A stretch of 64,000 bases of DNA, from positions 28,644,001 through 28,708,000 of the forward strand of contig NC_135656.1 in NCBI RefSeq assembly GCF_964188315.1. Direction: 5' to 3'. This stretch comes from Podarcis muralis (lineage: Eukaryota). A model generated the notes under the pieces. The model had not been told where the DNA came from. It ran no database searches and saw nothing but the letters and a program-made list of their open reading frames with translations. Positions 41,494-56,433 of the stretch are shown here, piece after piece; position 1 is the stretch's first letter; every line of letters begins with the position of its first letter. Both the position numbers and the translations under genes were made by a program.

Positions 41494-44400
41494 TGAGTGA
41501 CCGGGCTCAGCTCGCAGGGGGCGGGAAGGGCACCCTAGCCGCTGCATGCGCAACATGCTGTATTTCCAACGTGTGAGGAAGTGTGGGTGTGCGTGAATGA
41601 GCACATGCATGTGGGGGCATCATTACAGGAGTGCGAGGGGAGAACTGGGCATGACACTGGCAGGGCTGCGTGGCCAAATGCTGGGTAGCCACCAAGTCCC
41701 TCTAGAAGCAGGGGTGGGGAGGGCACGGAACCTTTCCTCCGCCTGCTGCTTTTCTTTCCAGATTGCCTTTTCCTCCCCTGCCTGCCTCACTTATTCCTCC
41801 CCAAGCTTGAGTCCATTTTCCATCTTGGAACCGGGGCCTGCGGAGAAATGTGGGAAGCACAGAAAGGCTTATGCACCCCCTCTGTACCTTCTACTCTTGC
41901 GTTCACGGGAGCCAACTCCTAGGGGCGGAGGGGTCTTCACCACCACCACCCCGGTCAAATATTTGAAGGGGCCAACCCCCCTCCCCCGAGTTGATGGACG
42001 TTGCCATTCAAATGGTGTGCATGCACCACGTTATGGGATCCATTATGTGGGGCAGCCCTCCAAGCTACCCCACCGATCACTTTGCAAGCGCCCACTCTGC
42101 TTACGTTTACTAGGGTGGCTGTTGTGTATGAAGCTGTATGCATGCTTCTCCTCTGTTGCCCTGCTGTATCTTTATATACTTAAAAAGCCAGCACAGTTGC
42201 TAAGGAAGAGGGAGCAGGGGCACCCCCCACAATTCCCTGCGCTTGCAGTGTAGCTATTATAGAGCACTGCTTGCATTGGCAGGGGGTAGTGCTGGTGGTG
42301 TTAATGGAGTCCCTTGAGGTCAAAGTCTTCCCATGTTGTTGTTCGTGGCTGTTAACCGGTGCCTTCGCCCCAGAAGTGGTTGCATTTCAGCGCCGAGTGC
42401 AGGGGTTTGTCTTGCATGTTGCAAATGGGCACCGAGACCCAGGGGAGCAGCGGGGCTGGAGAGAGGCCTGCTCCTCTGTGCTCCCCCGCCTTGTGACTGC
42501 CTTGCCTCCTGCCACCGTTCTGGGGGGAAAGAATTGCCCCTCTTTTGAAGAGGAAGGCAGTGTTGCATAAAAGCCTCTTTATCTGTGCTGTATAAAGTCA
42601 TTGGTCACACTGCAGTGGTGTTCATTGCTGCTGGCGCTTTATGATTATCCATTAGCCGCCCGGCACAGTCATTCCCGCACTCACGGGCCCTGTATAATTG
42701 TCCTTCTCTGCTACAAATTGCCTCTCCCGGCAGGCCCATTTGCATAAATCCTCCAAGCTAGTCCAAACATGATTGGAGCACGCGTGTGTGCGCTGCATCA
42801 ATCCTGATGATTTGGTAATAATAGTTAAATCTGTACTAAATGGTTCCTTCAATTAAGACAGAAGAAAAAAAAATTAATCTCTAGGTTTTATGTCACAAAA
42901 CATTAGCAAATGTAGTGAAGGTTACAGGGGAAAAAAAGCAGTTAGTGTTGGCTTTGGGTTGCAACATGGCTCCACCATATGGCTCGTGGAAATCTTCCAG
43001 GGCTTGCTGGAGAACTTGCTTGCCTTCTCCCATTCCTCCCTCCCTCCCACCGCCCTTGCCTGGACCCTTTCCCCTGGATTTATTCCTGTTCCCTCCCCAA
43101 ACCTTGCAGAGCTGTTATGCAAAACCAAATCCAGAAGGGAATACATTCTTAGCTGATTTGGAAGGCAGTCCCTGTTTTGGGCTCTACTAAACTGTTCTGT
43201 GCCTTCAGAGGAACAGTGGAGAGGAGTTCAGATGGAGGCAGGAAACAGGGACCCCTCCAAATGCCGGTCTTTCCCACCATACTGTCTGCATGTCTCCAGC
43301 AGCGTATGAGCATATCTTAACAACCAAGCCTCACCACCACCCTGCTTCTAAAACGTGGGCTTGCATCCTTTTGAGTTCCGTGACTTACACACATTCCACA
43401 GCGGTAGGAGAGCTCCCGACTGTTCGGAAAGGGAGAATACCGGGTCGGGAAACTCTTCCGCTTGAAAGGAGGGACGAATATCTTTGACCATTTTCATCAG
43501 TGGTGAAACGAAGCTGTTGATAGGTGGCAGGTTATTTGCAGACTTGAAGCGGGTATGGATAGAGCCAATATCCTTGCCCCGGGACATTGGCATTCCATCC
43601 TCCTGTGGCCTCTGCATTTTGCAAATGTTATGAGAATCTGTAAGATACGTTGAACCAGAGACTATGGCAGGAGGAGGGGTGGGGGCCGTGACCTTCTGTA
43701 ACGGGGCATCAATAGTCCATCATACTGCCTTCATGTCTCTGAAAAGCTGCTCCATTCAGTAGCTGGGCCCAGTTAGAAATGGTGTAACCACATTCTACCA
43801 GTGGCATTGCATTGGTGAGGCTCTCACTGTCCACAGTGGGGGTGTTATTCTCAGGTCCGAAATATAGTGTATATTTGGGATGCAATGTCTGTCTGTCTAT
43901 CTCTCTCTTCCCCCAATTTCTAATTCCTGTACTTAGGGAGTGCTTCTTGCATTCACGAGTTGCAACCTAAATAATACCTGCACCCTGTTCTACATACATG
44001 CTTTAGTGGGCTCAGAGCATGGCGTAGCTTTTCCTCAGTAGGGGAGATGCTGTTCCAAACAGCCCTATAAACACAGCAACGGCTCAGCCCTTCCTGGGAG
44101 AGTTCGCGCAACATCGAACCGACACCCCCTTTCCCTGCAGATCAAAGTATTGCAGGATGGCTCCAAACCACACAGGCTGCCAGAGGGAAACTCGCACACC
44201 CACGACACTCACCGCTCCACACCTGAACGGCGGCTTGCGCTCCTTCCTGATTTGCATCCTGGCGCACAGGCCTTGCCTTGTAAACCCAGCCAGGCGAGTC
44301 ACGGTGGCACAGGATCCCCTTGCTGTGTGTTGCCAGGCCAAGTCTCCCAGCCATCATGGCATCCCTTCCCTGCTGTTGGCCTCGCTGAAGCAACACATGC

Positions 44401-46861
44401 TCTTGTGGCAGCTGCAGGCCCGGCCCCTTGGCCTGCTTCCTATCGGGAACATTCCCGCAGCTTCCCACGCCGAGCGAGAGAATCCCTGCCAAGCTTGCTT
44501 CCCTCCAGCCACTCCCCGGAACTGAGCGGTGGCCTGGAGCCACGGTAGCTCCCTGCCCGCTGGTGCCCGAGGTGTGAAGATGGGCAGCTTGGCTTTCTCC
44601 GGAGCCCCGAGTTGCTTGCTGGCCTGTTTTCCGCACCCCGCCTTCTGCCCATGGCCCTTTGCCTGCCTGCCTGCCTGAGGGTGCTCTGCTCCCTTCCCAT
44701 CCCTCTGCTTGTCAGGGAATTCCCTCCTTCCTCGCCTGCTGCAGCCGCAGGAATGGAATTTGGCACCAGCTCCAGGGTCAGCCCCGGGTCAGAAGGTCGA
44801 GGTGCAGGGGGCAAGGCCCGGGAGAGGAGTGTGAACAGAAGCCGTCTCGGGGAAGGGGGAAAGAGGGTTTGCGCGGCCTCAAACCCTGGGCTGCATTCCC
44901 AGGGTGGAGCAAACAAGAGGCGGCTTCTCTGGGTGCCGGAGTGGAGCAATTAGAACTAACGAGCGCTGGAGATCCAAGCGGGAAGCCAGCCAGCAGTAGG
45001 GGGGGATGGGAACAAAGCCTTCAGGGAGCTAATTCATTTCATATTTACTATGCTGGGAGGACGCTGCTTGTGAAAGAACTGCCGATGCGATGCAGAGCAG
45101 ATCCTTTGCGATGGACTTCGTCAACCTGGAACCCTTCAGATGTATTTGGATTCCCACCAGCCAGCATGACCGGGCTAATGGGACATTTAGTCCCAAACTC
45201 ATGAAGGGCACCAGATTGGGGAAGGCTGATTTAGAAGGTGTCAAAAGAAAAAGAAAAAATGGATGGCCTGCTTCAGATTAGGCCAGGCTTGAGTCTTTAA
45301 TTTGATTCTTGTTTATAGGTAGGGAGTGTGCACCTCCTCTGGCTATTTTTTAGTCTTGATTCTGCTTGAAACATAAGAGTGTTGTTCTCTTTGCCTTTGC
45401 TTCCTGCTCCTTTTCTCCTGACATCAAGCAACGTGTCCCTTCGTTGCTTCTTTTTCAGTGTGTCAGATGAGATTGATCCAGGCTTTCCTCTAGCTTGCTC
45501 TATGTAACTTGCACACACAAACATGCTGCCCTTTGTGGAGACAGGAAGTGTTTGGAAGGCAGCAGTGAGTACACACTAGCAGCAGGAATCCTGGCGCTCT
45601 CCTCCAATGGGTTTAACTGGGCCAGTGGGCCATGGCTTATTCCATGGAAGAGCCGGGCACAGATGCCTGTGGAGCAACTACCTCGCTCCTCTAAGAACAT
45701 GGCTTTGCATGTGCTGCAATTCCAAGGGAGCACAGAAGGGCACTAGGCATTCAGTTCAGCTTGAATGAATGCTCAGCTTCCAACAGAACTCTCGGCTTAA
45801 TTTCCTTTTTTCAAGAGCATGTTTCTAGAACTTATCGCTGCAAAGATCTGCCTGAAAGTTACACAGCTGGTTTCTCCCCAAAGCAGAAAAGGCTGCTCAG
45901 CAGTGGTTTGGGGGCTGATCTGTAGTGTCCTAATATATAGTTAAAACGGCAAATGTCCCAGAATCAGTTTATGCAAAATAAAAGAAAATGTACAAACATG
46001 CTCAAATTCAGATAGGTCACGGAATTCTAATTTCTGTGGTGCAGAATTTGTGTTTTATACAGTATGCACACGCATGCAGCCATGGCCGAGATAAGCCAAG
46101 AGTCCTTGCCAGTAGCTGCAGGAGACTGCGTGCTTGCAGCAATGCTACAGAGCACAGATATTAACTCCGATCCCATAGTTTGCAAAGAACCCCTGAAAAT
46201 TTCACCTCGTTTCTTCTGCATCTCATTTTCCTTAGCTAAGTTTTGTCCCAGTGCTGGTTATGAAGAAACAGCTCAAAACCATGCTGGCTGTTTCTGCCAA
46301 ACTCTTAGGATCCCTTTGCACAATACCAGAGTCCTACACAGAAGGTACTTTGTGTTAGGAATTAATGCGATGATCATTCCCTCAGATTTTTATGGTGCAC
46401 ATTTAGTTGGCATGCATATAGTGGGAATCGATGATAGCTCTTAGCTTATTAGTACATGCAGGAACATCAGACGTGATAATCTACGTGGAAGTTTCATTGC
46501 AGCCCCAGGAAAATGGGAGAGGTGGCTGAGAGAGGGCTTGCATTGGTCAGGAGGGCAAGACAACTTAGGTCCATGTTACTCATAGTCCTTCCCCATGGCT
46601 CCCAGTCCTCCTCTTCAAGAGACCTATCCTGCTTCTCATATTTCTTCCATGAGTCCTTACAGGTCTTGCCCTGCTCCTTAAGTAGAACAAACACCCAGAA
46701 TTTTGAAAAAAGAGGAAAATAAGAAAGCATAGTCTTTGTAATTTGCTTTATCCAGTTGCATAATTTGAGTTGTAATACTGCAGAATTGAGAGGATTTTCT
46801 TCCAGAATTCCAGATCTTAGCTCGATTCAGGCATTTGTGTGAACACATCAGGGCTTAAAGT

Positions 46862-46990
46862 CAGTGTTTCCCAAACTTGGGTCTCCAGCTGTTTTTGGAC
46901 TACAACTCCCATCATGCTTAGCTAGCATGGTCAGGGATGATGGGAACTATAGTCCAAAAACAGCTGGAGACCCAAGTTTGGGAAACACTG
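46862..46990. mobile_element. hAT-type MITE family C
   Basis: Near-perfect palindrome cagtgtttcccaaacttgggtctccagctgtttttggacta...tagtccaaaaacagctggagacccaagtttgggaaacactg. No clean TSD. Confidence 0.88.
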
Positions 46991-47279
46991 ACTTAAACTG
47001 AAGATAGGAAAGCTTGTGATTCTCCAGATGTTTCTGGGGACTCTGCTGCCATCAGCCCCGGGCAGCATAGCCAATGGACAGGGATATTTGATGCCATGGT
47101 CCAGCAACATCTGAAAGGCCACAGGCTCCACATAACTGAGGAGGGGAACAGGGCACACACACAAGTCCTGCCTCCAACATCCCAACCTATGCCAGCTTCA
47201 ATCCAGCCCTTGGTGGCACCCTGTTATTCAGGTCTCCTATTGCAGAGGCTTCAAAGCCCTTTCAGCTGAATGGGAGTCA

Positions 47280-47660
47280 CCCCAAATTCAACATTTTCCA
47301 ATTAACTGCCAGTTAACACAGGACTTCCCCTCCACCCCTCTATGGTTTCTCCAACTTTTTCAAATATTGCTGCATGTTATACACCACAATTTTCTCAGAT
47401 ACGATTTTACTCCTGTCCTTATTCAAAGCCTACTTGCGTTTTAACATGTTTACAAAGTTTTTTCCTTAAATAATGTACAAACATTTTCCACTCCTCCTTA
47501 AAAGACTGCTGATCACCAATTTTACTTGTTAAACGTGCTGGTTCGGCATATTCTGTCAATTTCACCTGCCGATCCTCTTTAGTAGGTACCACCACATCTC
47601 ACATTTTGCGCATATAGTATTCTCGCTGCGGCTGTTGCATATGAAAATAAATTTGTCTGC
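47280..47660 (-). mobile_element. L1-type LINE 3' end (ORF2 C-terminus plus 3' UTR)
   Basis: Minus translation NLFSYATAAARILYAQ / VPTKEDRQVKLTEYAEPARLTSKIGDQQSFKEEWKMFVHYLRKK...VGFE*, with a frameshift. Confidence 0.75.
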
Positions 47661-47694
47661 TTTGGCGGGGGGGGGGGGTACTTCTACCCTACCA

Positions 47695-48040
47695 GGGACG
47701 CGGGTGGCGCTGTGCTCTAAACCACAGAGCTTAGGGCTTGCCGATCAGAAGGTTGGCGGTTCGAATCCCCGCGAGTGAGCTCCCATTGCTCGGTCCCTGC
47801 TCCTGCCCACCTAGCAGTTTGAAAGCACGTCCAAGTGCAAGTAGATAAATAGGTACCGCTCCGGCGGGAAGGTAAACGGTGTTTCCGTGAGCTGCTCTGG
47901 TTCGCCAGAAGCAGCTTAGTCATGCTGGCCACATGACCTGGAAGCTGTACGCCGGCTCCCTCGGCCAGTAAAGCAAGATGAGCTCCGCAACCCCAGAGTC
48001 GGTCACAACTGGACCTAATGGTCAGGGTCCCTTTACCTTT
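47695..48040 (+). mobile_element. Sauria (Squam1/POM-type) SINE, near full length
   Basis: gggacgcgggtggcgctg...ggttcgaatccc...ggtccctttaccttt, highly similar to the 15239 copy. Confidence 0.92.
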
Positions 48041-48895
48041 ATAATAATAATAATGGTAATAATAAGCCTGCACAAGCGCCTGAACAGGGCTCTTATCATT
48101 GTGCGTATCAGAGAGAGGCATGCCTCACTTAGCTTCTTGGTTCCCCCAAGACCCACATCCACCCACGCGCGCCCATAAAACCTGTTCCCTCGGAGCCAAG
48201 AGCGGCGGTGCTGAGGGAGTTAAGCTGCCCGGGCAGGAGCTCCGCTGTAGCTCCTCTGGCAATCCCCTTGCACATAAACCCTTCTGACAAGCTCAGCTGA
48301 AAGAAGCGATTGTCCCAAAGCCGCCCCCCCCTCCCAATAGCTGGTGAATTAATGAGCTGCAGCAGAAGTGGCAGCCGCTCCGGAATGTTGCTGGAAGGCA
48401 TGAAAAGTCCAAGGAATCTCCTCCTCCCTTTTCCTAAAGCAGCAACAGGACCTGTGGGAGGGATGCAGCATGCCATCTTCCCCACCTAAGGGAAACGGGA
48501 AAGAAAGAAAGGTGTGTGGGAGCATGCATCCAGCACTGGCGTCAGCTCAGACTCTTGTCTTGCAGACAAGACCCTCCAGCTGCTTTTACCTACCCCACCC
48601 CCCGGAAGCACCTTGTCCTTCTAAACTCCCCGTATAAACCCTCATACACCTTTCGATCCATAAGGGAGGCACGTTTCAATTTCACTTGGTGAAGATGGGT
48701 GACATTTGACAAGGGTGCAAAGCAGGGCTCTTTACTCAGTAATGATCTCTTCCTTCCCGTTTTCTGAGCATCGCACAAAGGGAATCCATTCAGTCTCCTC
48801 GCCCCTTAGGGAGGAATGTCAACCTTCCCTGCTTTGGGGAAAGGGTTTGCAAACTTGATTTGGCCACATTTAGATACCCAATTCTATCTGCTTTA

Positions 48896-49128
48896 CAGTG
48901 GTACCTCTGGTTAGGTACTTAATTCGTTCCGGAGGTCCGTTCTTAACCTGAAACTGTTCTTAACCTGAAGCACCACTTAAGCTAATGGGGCCTCCTGCTG
49001 CCGCCGCGTGATTTCTGTTCTCATCCTGAAGCAAAGTTCTTAACCCAAGGTACTATTTCTGGGTTAGCGGAGTCTGTAACCTGAAGTGTCTGTAACCTGA
49101 AGTGTATATGTAACCCGAGGTACCACTG
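48896..49128 (+). mobile_element. TA-flanked MITE family A, copy 3
   Basis: TA|cagtggtacctctggtt...aacccgaggtaccactg|TA. Confidence 0.92.
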
Positions 49129-49240
49129 TATGTGATCCTGTTTTAAAAGTTGCGTTCTGGTTTTTCTCTCTGTGAAAACAGAGGTGCACGCAGAATCCAA
49201 GTGAGGTGTAAATGTGTGCACAGAACATAGAGGTGTATTT

Positions 49241-49275
<35 letters not shown>

Positions 49276-50246
49276 TCCCCTGCCTGCCACAGTCTCAGAC
49301 ATTTTCCTAGTAATACTAACTAGTCCTTGTATGTGTCAGGAGAAATTGGGTCTCCTGTTTTACACAGCTACCACAATTCAGTCTTCATCCAAGCGGCTTC
49401 CTGAGGAAACAGTGGAGTTCAATAAAACCCAGATGTCTTGGCACCTAGTTCCTGCTGTGCCCTCCTGCTCTGGAGAGATGGGGGGGGGGGAGGAAGGAAG
49501 TTTCCAGCTCTTCTTCCCCAAAGGCAGAAGAAATGCTCTGAGCTTCTTAGAAACTTTAGTGAGCACCCAGCACCAAGACAGCTGGATCAAAGGGTAGAGA
49601 CCGGGGACTTGAACCTGAACATTTGCCTGGCACTCTCCATCCTTGTATGGCAACCTTGGACTCCGGGGCATATAATGGTTATAATGACGCAGGTCCATTA
49701 CTGTTTTACCAGAAGGAAATTCCCAGATCCTGTAGACCAAGGCAGTATTGATTTTCGTGCTCAAAATAAATTGTGCCAAACTGAAAAAAATCTCAGCACA
49801 AAATGGCCTTCAATTTTACAAGTTTGCTTAAAAGTTGCGTGTGTCCTTCTGACCCAACACATTTTAACCCTTGTATATGGAGAACTTGGAATGAGTTTGA
49901 ATTAACTGGGAGAAGGAAATGGGAGACAGGAGCGTGGGGCTAGGCAGGCAGCAGTAGCCACAAGAATTCTGCCATAGGTTTTTCTCATATAGCCCTAAAG
50001 TCTAGAACCAATGTTTCATGGTAATTGATGCTGCATGGAATTGCAGAATGCTGCGAACTGGCATGTGTGTGTCTGTGTGTGCTCATTCCATCCTGAAAAC
50101 CTATGTAAAAATTCCTTCCTTTGTGTAAGGCTCCACCTCTGCACCTTATCACCCCGTGGCCTCCAGCCCCCAAATGGAGGAGTCAGTGAGCTGAATTGTC
50201 TTTCCATTGGGCTTTCTCCAAACTGAGCATTCTTTCCCATTCACAG

Positions 50247-50361
50247 GTCAGTAAAGGCCAGCTTATCTCTGCTGTGTGCAGAGCTGCGGGCTGAGGGAGA
50301 GCCGAAGAAGAAGAAAAGGAAAATATCAGAGACTCCTTATGGTGGCATTAAAAACTCCCAG
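50247..50361 (+). CDS. BAHCC1: BAHCC1 exon (SVKASLSLLCAELRAEGEPKKKKRKISETPYGGIKNSQ)
   Basis: tcacag|G acceptor, CAG|gtgagt donor. 115 nt, phase 2-0. Matches the human AVRTSLGLLCAELRG segment. Confidence 0.9.
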
Positions 50362-50914
50362 GTGAGTCCAGCACAGAGCCTTATCTAGCACAGCCATCCT
50401 CTTCATTCTTTCACCTTCCTGGTCGTTGAGTAAAAAGTAGCTTGTTGGTGAACAAGCTAGGCCTGATCAGAGCCACTGACATTCTGCCCCTGCCTTCCAA
50501 AGCCAGTCAGATGGGGAAGACCCTCGCCACATCAACCACGATGCTTTAGGCTTTGAGGACTGGCCTAGTGAGATCTCTGGGATGCTGTATCTTCATATGT
50601 GAGACACTCGCATCTCCTTCATCTTCCAGTATATTGTGGTCCTCCCCCCCCCCATAGGCAAAGTAAGGCAGAAATGTGCACAATTGTACAATTTGAGAGT
50701 TTCATTTTACCAATCACATAGGAAGCTGCCTTCTACTGAACCAGACCATTGGTCCATCTTACTCAATACTGTCTACACTGACTGGCAGCAGCTCCCTAGC
50801 GTCCTTTCCAATGTACCCTGATAGTAAGAAACAGATGTGAGCGGGAGGGAGTGGGAGACAGCGGAGAAGGCATCTTTTGGACCGTAGTGACTCGTGTTTG
50901 TTTCCCTGCTGCAG

Positions 50915-51182
50915 GAGAAGGTGCGTTGCAAGAAGAGCAGCTCCCAAACCAAGCTGGCTTCCACCGTGGTGCACAAGGTCTCCCATCTCAAGCAGAAGGT
51001 CAAGAGCAAAGGCTTGCCCGCAAACATTGGCCCCTTCCGACGGAAAGAGCCCAGCCCCGGTACCAGGATCCAAAAGAAACTCTCCCGGCCCAAGAGCTCC
51101 AAAGCAACGCCTTCTGCCAAATACCCACAGCAGGACCTCACTACCTCAGAGGTCAAGCCAAGCACAGGAAATACTGATGCAG
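50915..51182 (+). CDS. BAHCC1: BAHCC1 exon (EKVRCKKSSSQTKLASTVVHKVSHLKQKVKSKGLP...)
   Basis: ctgcag|GAG acceptor, G|gtatgg donor. 268 nt, phase 0-1. Confidence 0.92.
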
Positions 51183-51524
51183 GTATGGATGGCGGTAGAG
51201 AAGGGTGGGGTTCGCTGGGAAGCAAAGGTTGGCAGTGGTGTAGACCCTGGTCAGAGATGCGCGCCAGTTGCCTGTTGGCTACCAGCATGTTGCTATTAAT
51301 AAACGAAGCCCTTAACAGCTTGGGAGGAGTTGACTTGCAGGATCACCTTGCCTCATCTTGCACTTGACCACTTCGATCTGTGGAAGTGGCACTGTTACAG
51401 GTGCTGCAAAATCCTCATTCCACACTCAAAATAAATCAGTCTTCGAGTGTGGCAGCACCTGCACTTTGAAACTCCCTGCCTATTGACAACAGGCAAGCGC
51501 CTTTCACTGTACTCTTTTTAACAA

Positions 51525-51664
51525 CGTTTCCGTGCGCTGCTCTGCCACATGACCCAGAAGCTGTATGCCGGCTCCCTCGGCCAGTAAAGCGAGATGAGCA
51601 CCGGAACCCCAGAGTTGCCCACGACTGGACCTAATGGTCAGGGGTCCCTTTACCTTTACCTTAC
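51525..51664 (+). mobile_element. Sauria SINE 3' half with internal deletion
   Basis: cgtttccgtgcgctgctct|gccacatgacccagaagctg...ggggtccctttacctttacc. Confidence 0.88.
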
Positions 51665-52948
51665 TTAAACCATTGTTTCTTTAGGCAAACCTCTTCAGAC
51701 ATGTAGCTGCATGTTTCATCTCGTTGGTTTTAATTTTCTTCTGGATTTTTTTTAAAAATAACCTGTTTTAAACTGAGTTTTATCCACTGCGGTATTGCTT
51801 TCTTTTATATCTTTGTAAACCACTTAGTGGTTTTCTTGCAATCAAGCAGTAACTAAATGTTCTTAAATAAGTAAGAGGTGAAGAGGATGTTAGTAACTTT
51901 GCAGCTGTTGCCTTGCCGTATCTGTCACGGCTAAAACAGGCCCTGGGACAATTGCTGACCTCCGGCCCTGTGGAAAGGGAGTATGTGTGTGTCCTGTAGG
52001 GCAGTGTGCTGGACTCCCAAGACACAGAATCCCTACTGGCCCTCCCACCTTCCCACTAGGGAAAGGCAAAGCGCAATTAGTCGCTCCCAAGCCATTCACA
52101 GAGCAAGTTCATCCTCCAGGGGGGAAAAAAACCCTGTTATCTTCTGCTCTGGCCAGGAGCTTTTGCCGCTCAGCGCATTTCCTCCTGGCAAGCAGAGGAA
52201 GCGGTGGAATTTAAAAATAGCTGCACGTGCTGGCCTCTGCTGGGGCCAATGTCCGCTCCAGTTTGACTGCAGCCTTATGGGTTTCCCTTGGAGCTTCTGG
52301 GGCATCTTATCAGGAAGCCAAGACTGAGACAGAAATCCTGCTTCCACTCCCCAAAGCCAAAAGAACAAAGGGACATTGTCAAGAGGGGCAAGAGCCAGGA
52401 TGTAAGAACTCAAGATTGGGAGAGGGGGAGGAGGATACGCAGGCCAGATTTGCTGCGGGGTTGACAGAGGGGGGCAGTTGCGAGGCCCGAAACACCCTCC
52501 AAGTTGTGTGCTTGGCTTTTTTTGTTTCGTTACGTTTGGAAGAGCTTCTGCCCCACTGTTGTACCCGTGATGAGAACCCCGGGGCAGTTTATCAGGGGCT
52601 CCTCCTGCATTAAGTCCTCAAATCCAACGGTTCCCAAATGGTGGATTGCTGCCAAAAATTCATTAAAAAAGAGGCAGTGCAATAAAATGCCCCAAACAAG
52701 ATGTATAAAATGTTTTGCGAGCTGCTGGCTTTGAACTCTGGCTTCTCAGTTCGTGTTAGGGTATAGGCCTCAAAAACAAGGCAGCGATTGTCTTGGGTGT
52801 GCCTTGATGACAGAAGCATGGACATCAGTGTAGCGAAGCATCATGTAGAATGCCTTGCATCCCCTCCCTGTTATTGTCCATAATGTCCTCTGAGTCCCTC
52901 CCCCATCTTGAGATGGCCTGCTCCCTCCCTCTCTTCCATTTCTTCTGA

Positions 52949-53191
<243 letters not shown>

Positions 53192-53825
53192 TAAGATGCA
53201 GGATTCATCCCAGCTGGCAGAGAACAAGGCACTGAAGCCTGTTAAGAAAATAATGTAAGATTGCATCGGGTCCTCCTGTCTTCCCAGACAGTCCATCCTG
53301 CCAAATTGTGGCTGTGTATGCACTATGCCCTTAAAGCACATTCGAACCACATTTTCCCTTTCAAAGAATTCTGAGCACTGTAATTTATACCTCCCAAAGT
53401 TACTGTTCCCAGCAACCCTTAAACTACAGTGCCCAATTTTTTTTCAGTGGAGAGAATGTACTTTAAAGGTATAATATGGCCCTAATTTTACTCATGTGCA
53501 AGGATAGATGCAAAATGGCAGTGAAGGATCCATATGGGCCCAATTCTTAAATTACGGGGAATCTGTAGGTGCCCATCCAGGCGAGGTTCTGAGATCCAGC
53601 TTCTGGTATCACACTGCATGCCAAAAGCAAAGCCCCCAAAGAAGAGGGGGGGAGGCTATCAGATTGGCCCACAAGCTGCTAATAGATATGGGGCTGCCCC
53701 AAATCTGCACTTGTGTTAAGCTTATTCCTATTATACAAGCCAGACTGTGCAAGGAGAAAGGAAGACCTGGCCAAGGCAAGGTATCAAAAACACAAAAACT
53801 CTTATACTCTTTTGTATCCCCACAG

Positions 53826-54133
53826 GGCCCTGCCGGATCCCCAGTCCCGAGGGCCAAGTCAAAATCAAGCGGCGCCCGGTGAAGCCCGGAGTAGGGAGGC
53901 TGGAAAAGGTGCCCGTCTGCCGGGCAGCATCTTGCGAGGCTTCCAGCAAGAAGAAGTTGAAGAGCAAGGCCAAGGAGCTGCAGTGCGGGCCTGGGACATC
54001 GGCCGCGAACGAGGGGCTCTTCTCTGGCAGCCAAGCCCGACTGTTTGCAACCCGGGACGACACAGGAAAGCTCAACAGTGAACGCCTCAAGAAAGCCACG
54101 CGGAAGAGCAAGGTGCTGCAGTCGGCCCTCAGG
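53826..54133 (+). CDS. BAHCC1: BAHCC1 exon (GPCRIPSPEGQVKIKRR...SERLKKATRKSKVLQSALR)
   Basis: ccacag|GG acceptor, AGG|gtgagc donor. 308 nt, phase 1-0. Confidence 0.93.
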
Positions 54134-54307
54134 GTGAGCAGGCGCGCAAAGAGGCCAGACTGGAGGTGTTCCTCAAGTGGGGGGGGGGGTGTGCCAGGGG
54201 CACTGTCCCTGGAAGGAAGGTGGGACCCAATGGGCTGGAGCGAGCTGGATGCAACGGGGGCGGGGTGTTTTTGCCAAACAGACGGGCCCTGAGGGAAGGG
54301 GTGGGTC

Positions 54308-55353
<1,046 letters not shown>

Positions 55354-55943
55354 TAGCATTCTGTTGCTGGGGGTGGAAGCAGGGGCCAGTAGAGTCTTTC
55401 TCTCTCTCTCTCTCTCTCTGCATGTGTGTGAACCACACAGATCATTGGACAAGAGCAAAGGCAGACGAAAGGAGGAAAACGTATTCGAGGTGGAGGGTGG
55501 TGGTGGTGGTCCATAAGCTGCTGCTGAAGCGAAATCTGAGACGGGGCAGACAGGGGTGCAGAGCAAGACTGCTGCAGTGGGTCGCTGGGAGGTGCAGAAA
55601 GGATTCTGCTGAGCAGCTCTGGGATGATGCCGGGTATTGGAGCCCACACCACTGGGTGCATTTCTTGGCTCTGCTCCAGTCTCCACATGTGGGCGAGGCT
55701 GGGGAAACATCCCCCAAGAGCTGCGGTAATGAAGTTTGTTAACGAGTCTGCAAGCCCACCCTCTGCTGTGTACTCGCTGCAAGAGATGCAGTCTTAAGAG
55801 CTGCAGGTCTTAAATGAAGGTGCTTGCTGGCCAGCTGGATATTCCTTTTTAATAATAACTTTTGTCATATTCTGGAGGCAGATTCCAAACTATATATATA
55901 GTTGAGAAGTATGCTGGTTTAAAGGAATGGGGGAGCAGTGTGA

Positions 55944-56099
<156 letters not shown>

Positions 56100-56297
56100 T
56101 AAGAACCCCCATTTTCCCAGGCACAAACATGGGCAAGAGATGCAAGAAGAGAGGGCTCGGCGTTTCTTGCAAAGAACAAATGGCAGCACGGCGATATTTA
56201 AGGGGGCAGGCAGTTCCTTTCCTCTGCTCTTCGTGGCTTCCTTCCTCCTTTGTGCCTGCAGACAGTTACAGTCCCTTTAATACCCTTTCCATTAAAG

Positions 56298-56433
56298 CAG
56301 GGTTTCCCAAACTTGGGTTTACAGCTGTTTTGGACTACAATTCCCATCATCCCTGAACACTGGTCTTGCTAGCTAGGGATGATGGGAGTTGCAGTCCAAA
56401 AAGAGCTGGAGACCCAAGTTTGGGGAAACGCTG
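56298..56433. mobile_element. hAT-type MITE family C
   Basis: cagggtttcccaaacttggg...caagtttggggaaacgctg. TSD cattaaag/ctttaaag (7/8). Confidence 0.87.

Noticed and set aside
45090-45281. Short ORF ending in KRKRK (NLS-like)
   Set aside because: The basic run comes from an A-rich low-complexity stretch, and there are no convincing splice sites or homology.
51186-51230. Intronic ATG reading MDGGREGWG, superficially like the BAHCC1 start MDGRD
   Set aside because: The similarity covers 3 residues, lies immediately after a splice donor deep in the gene, and has no further match.
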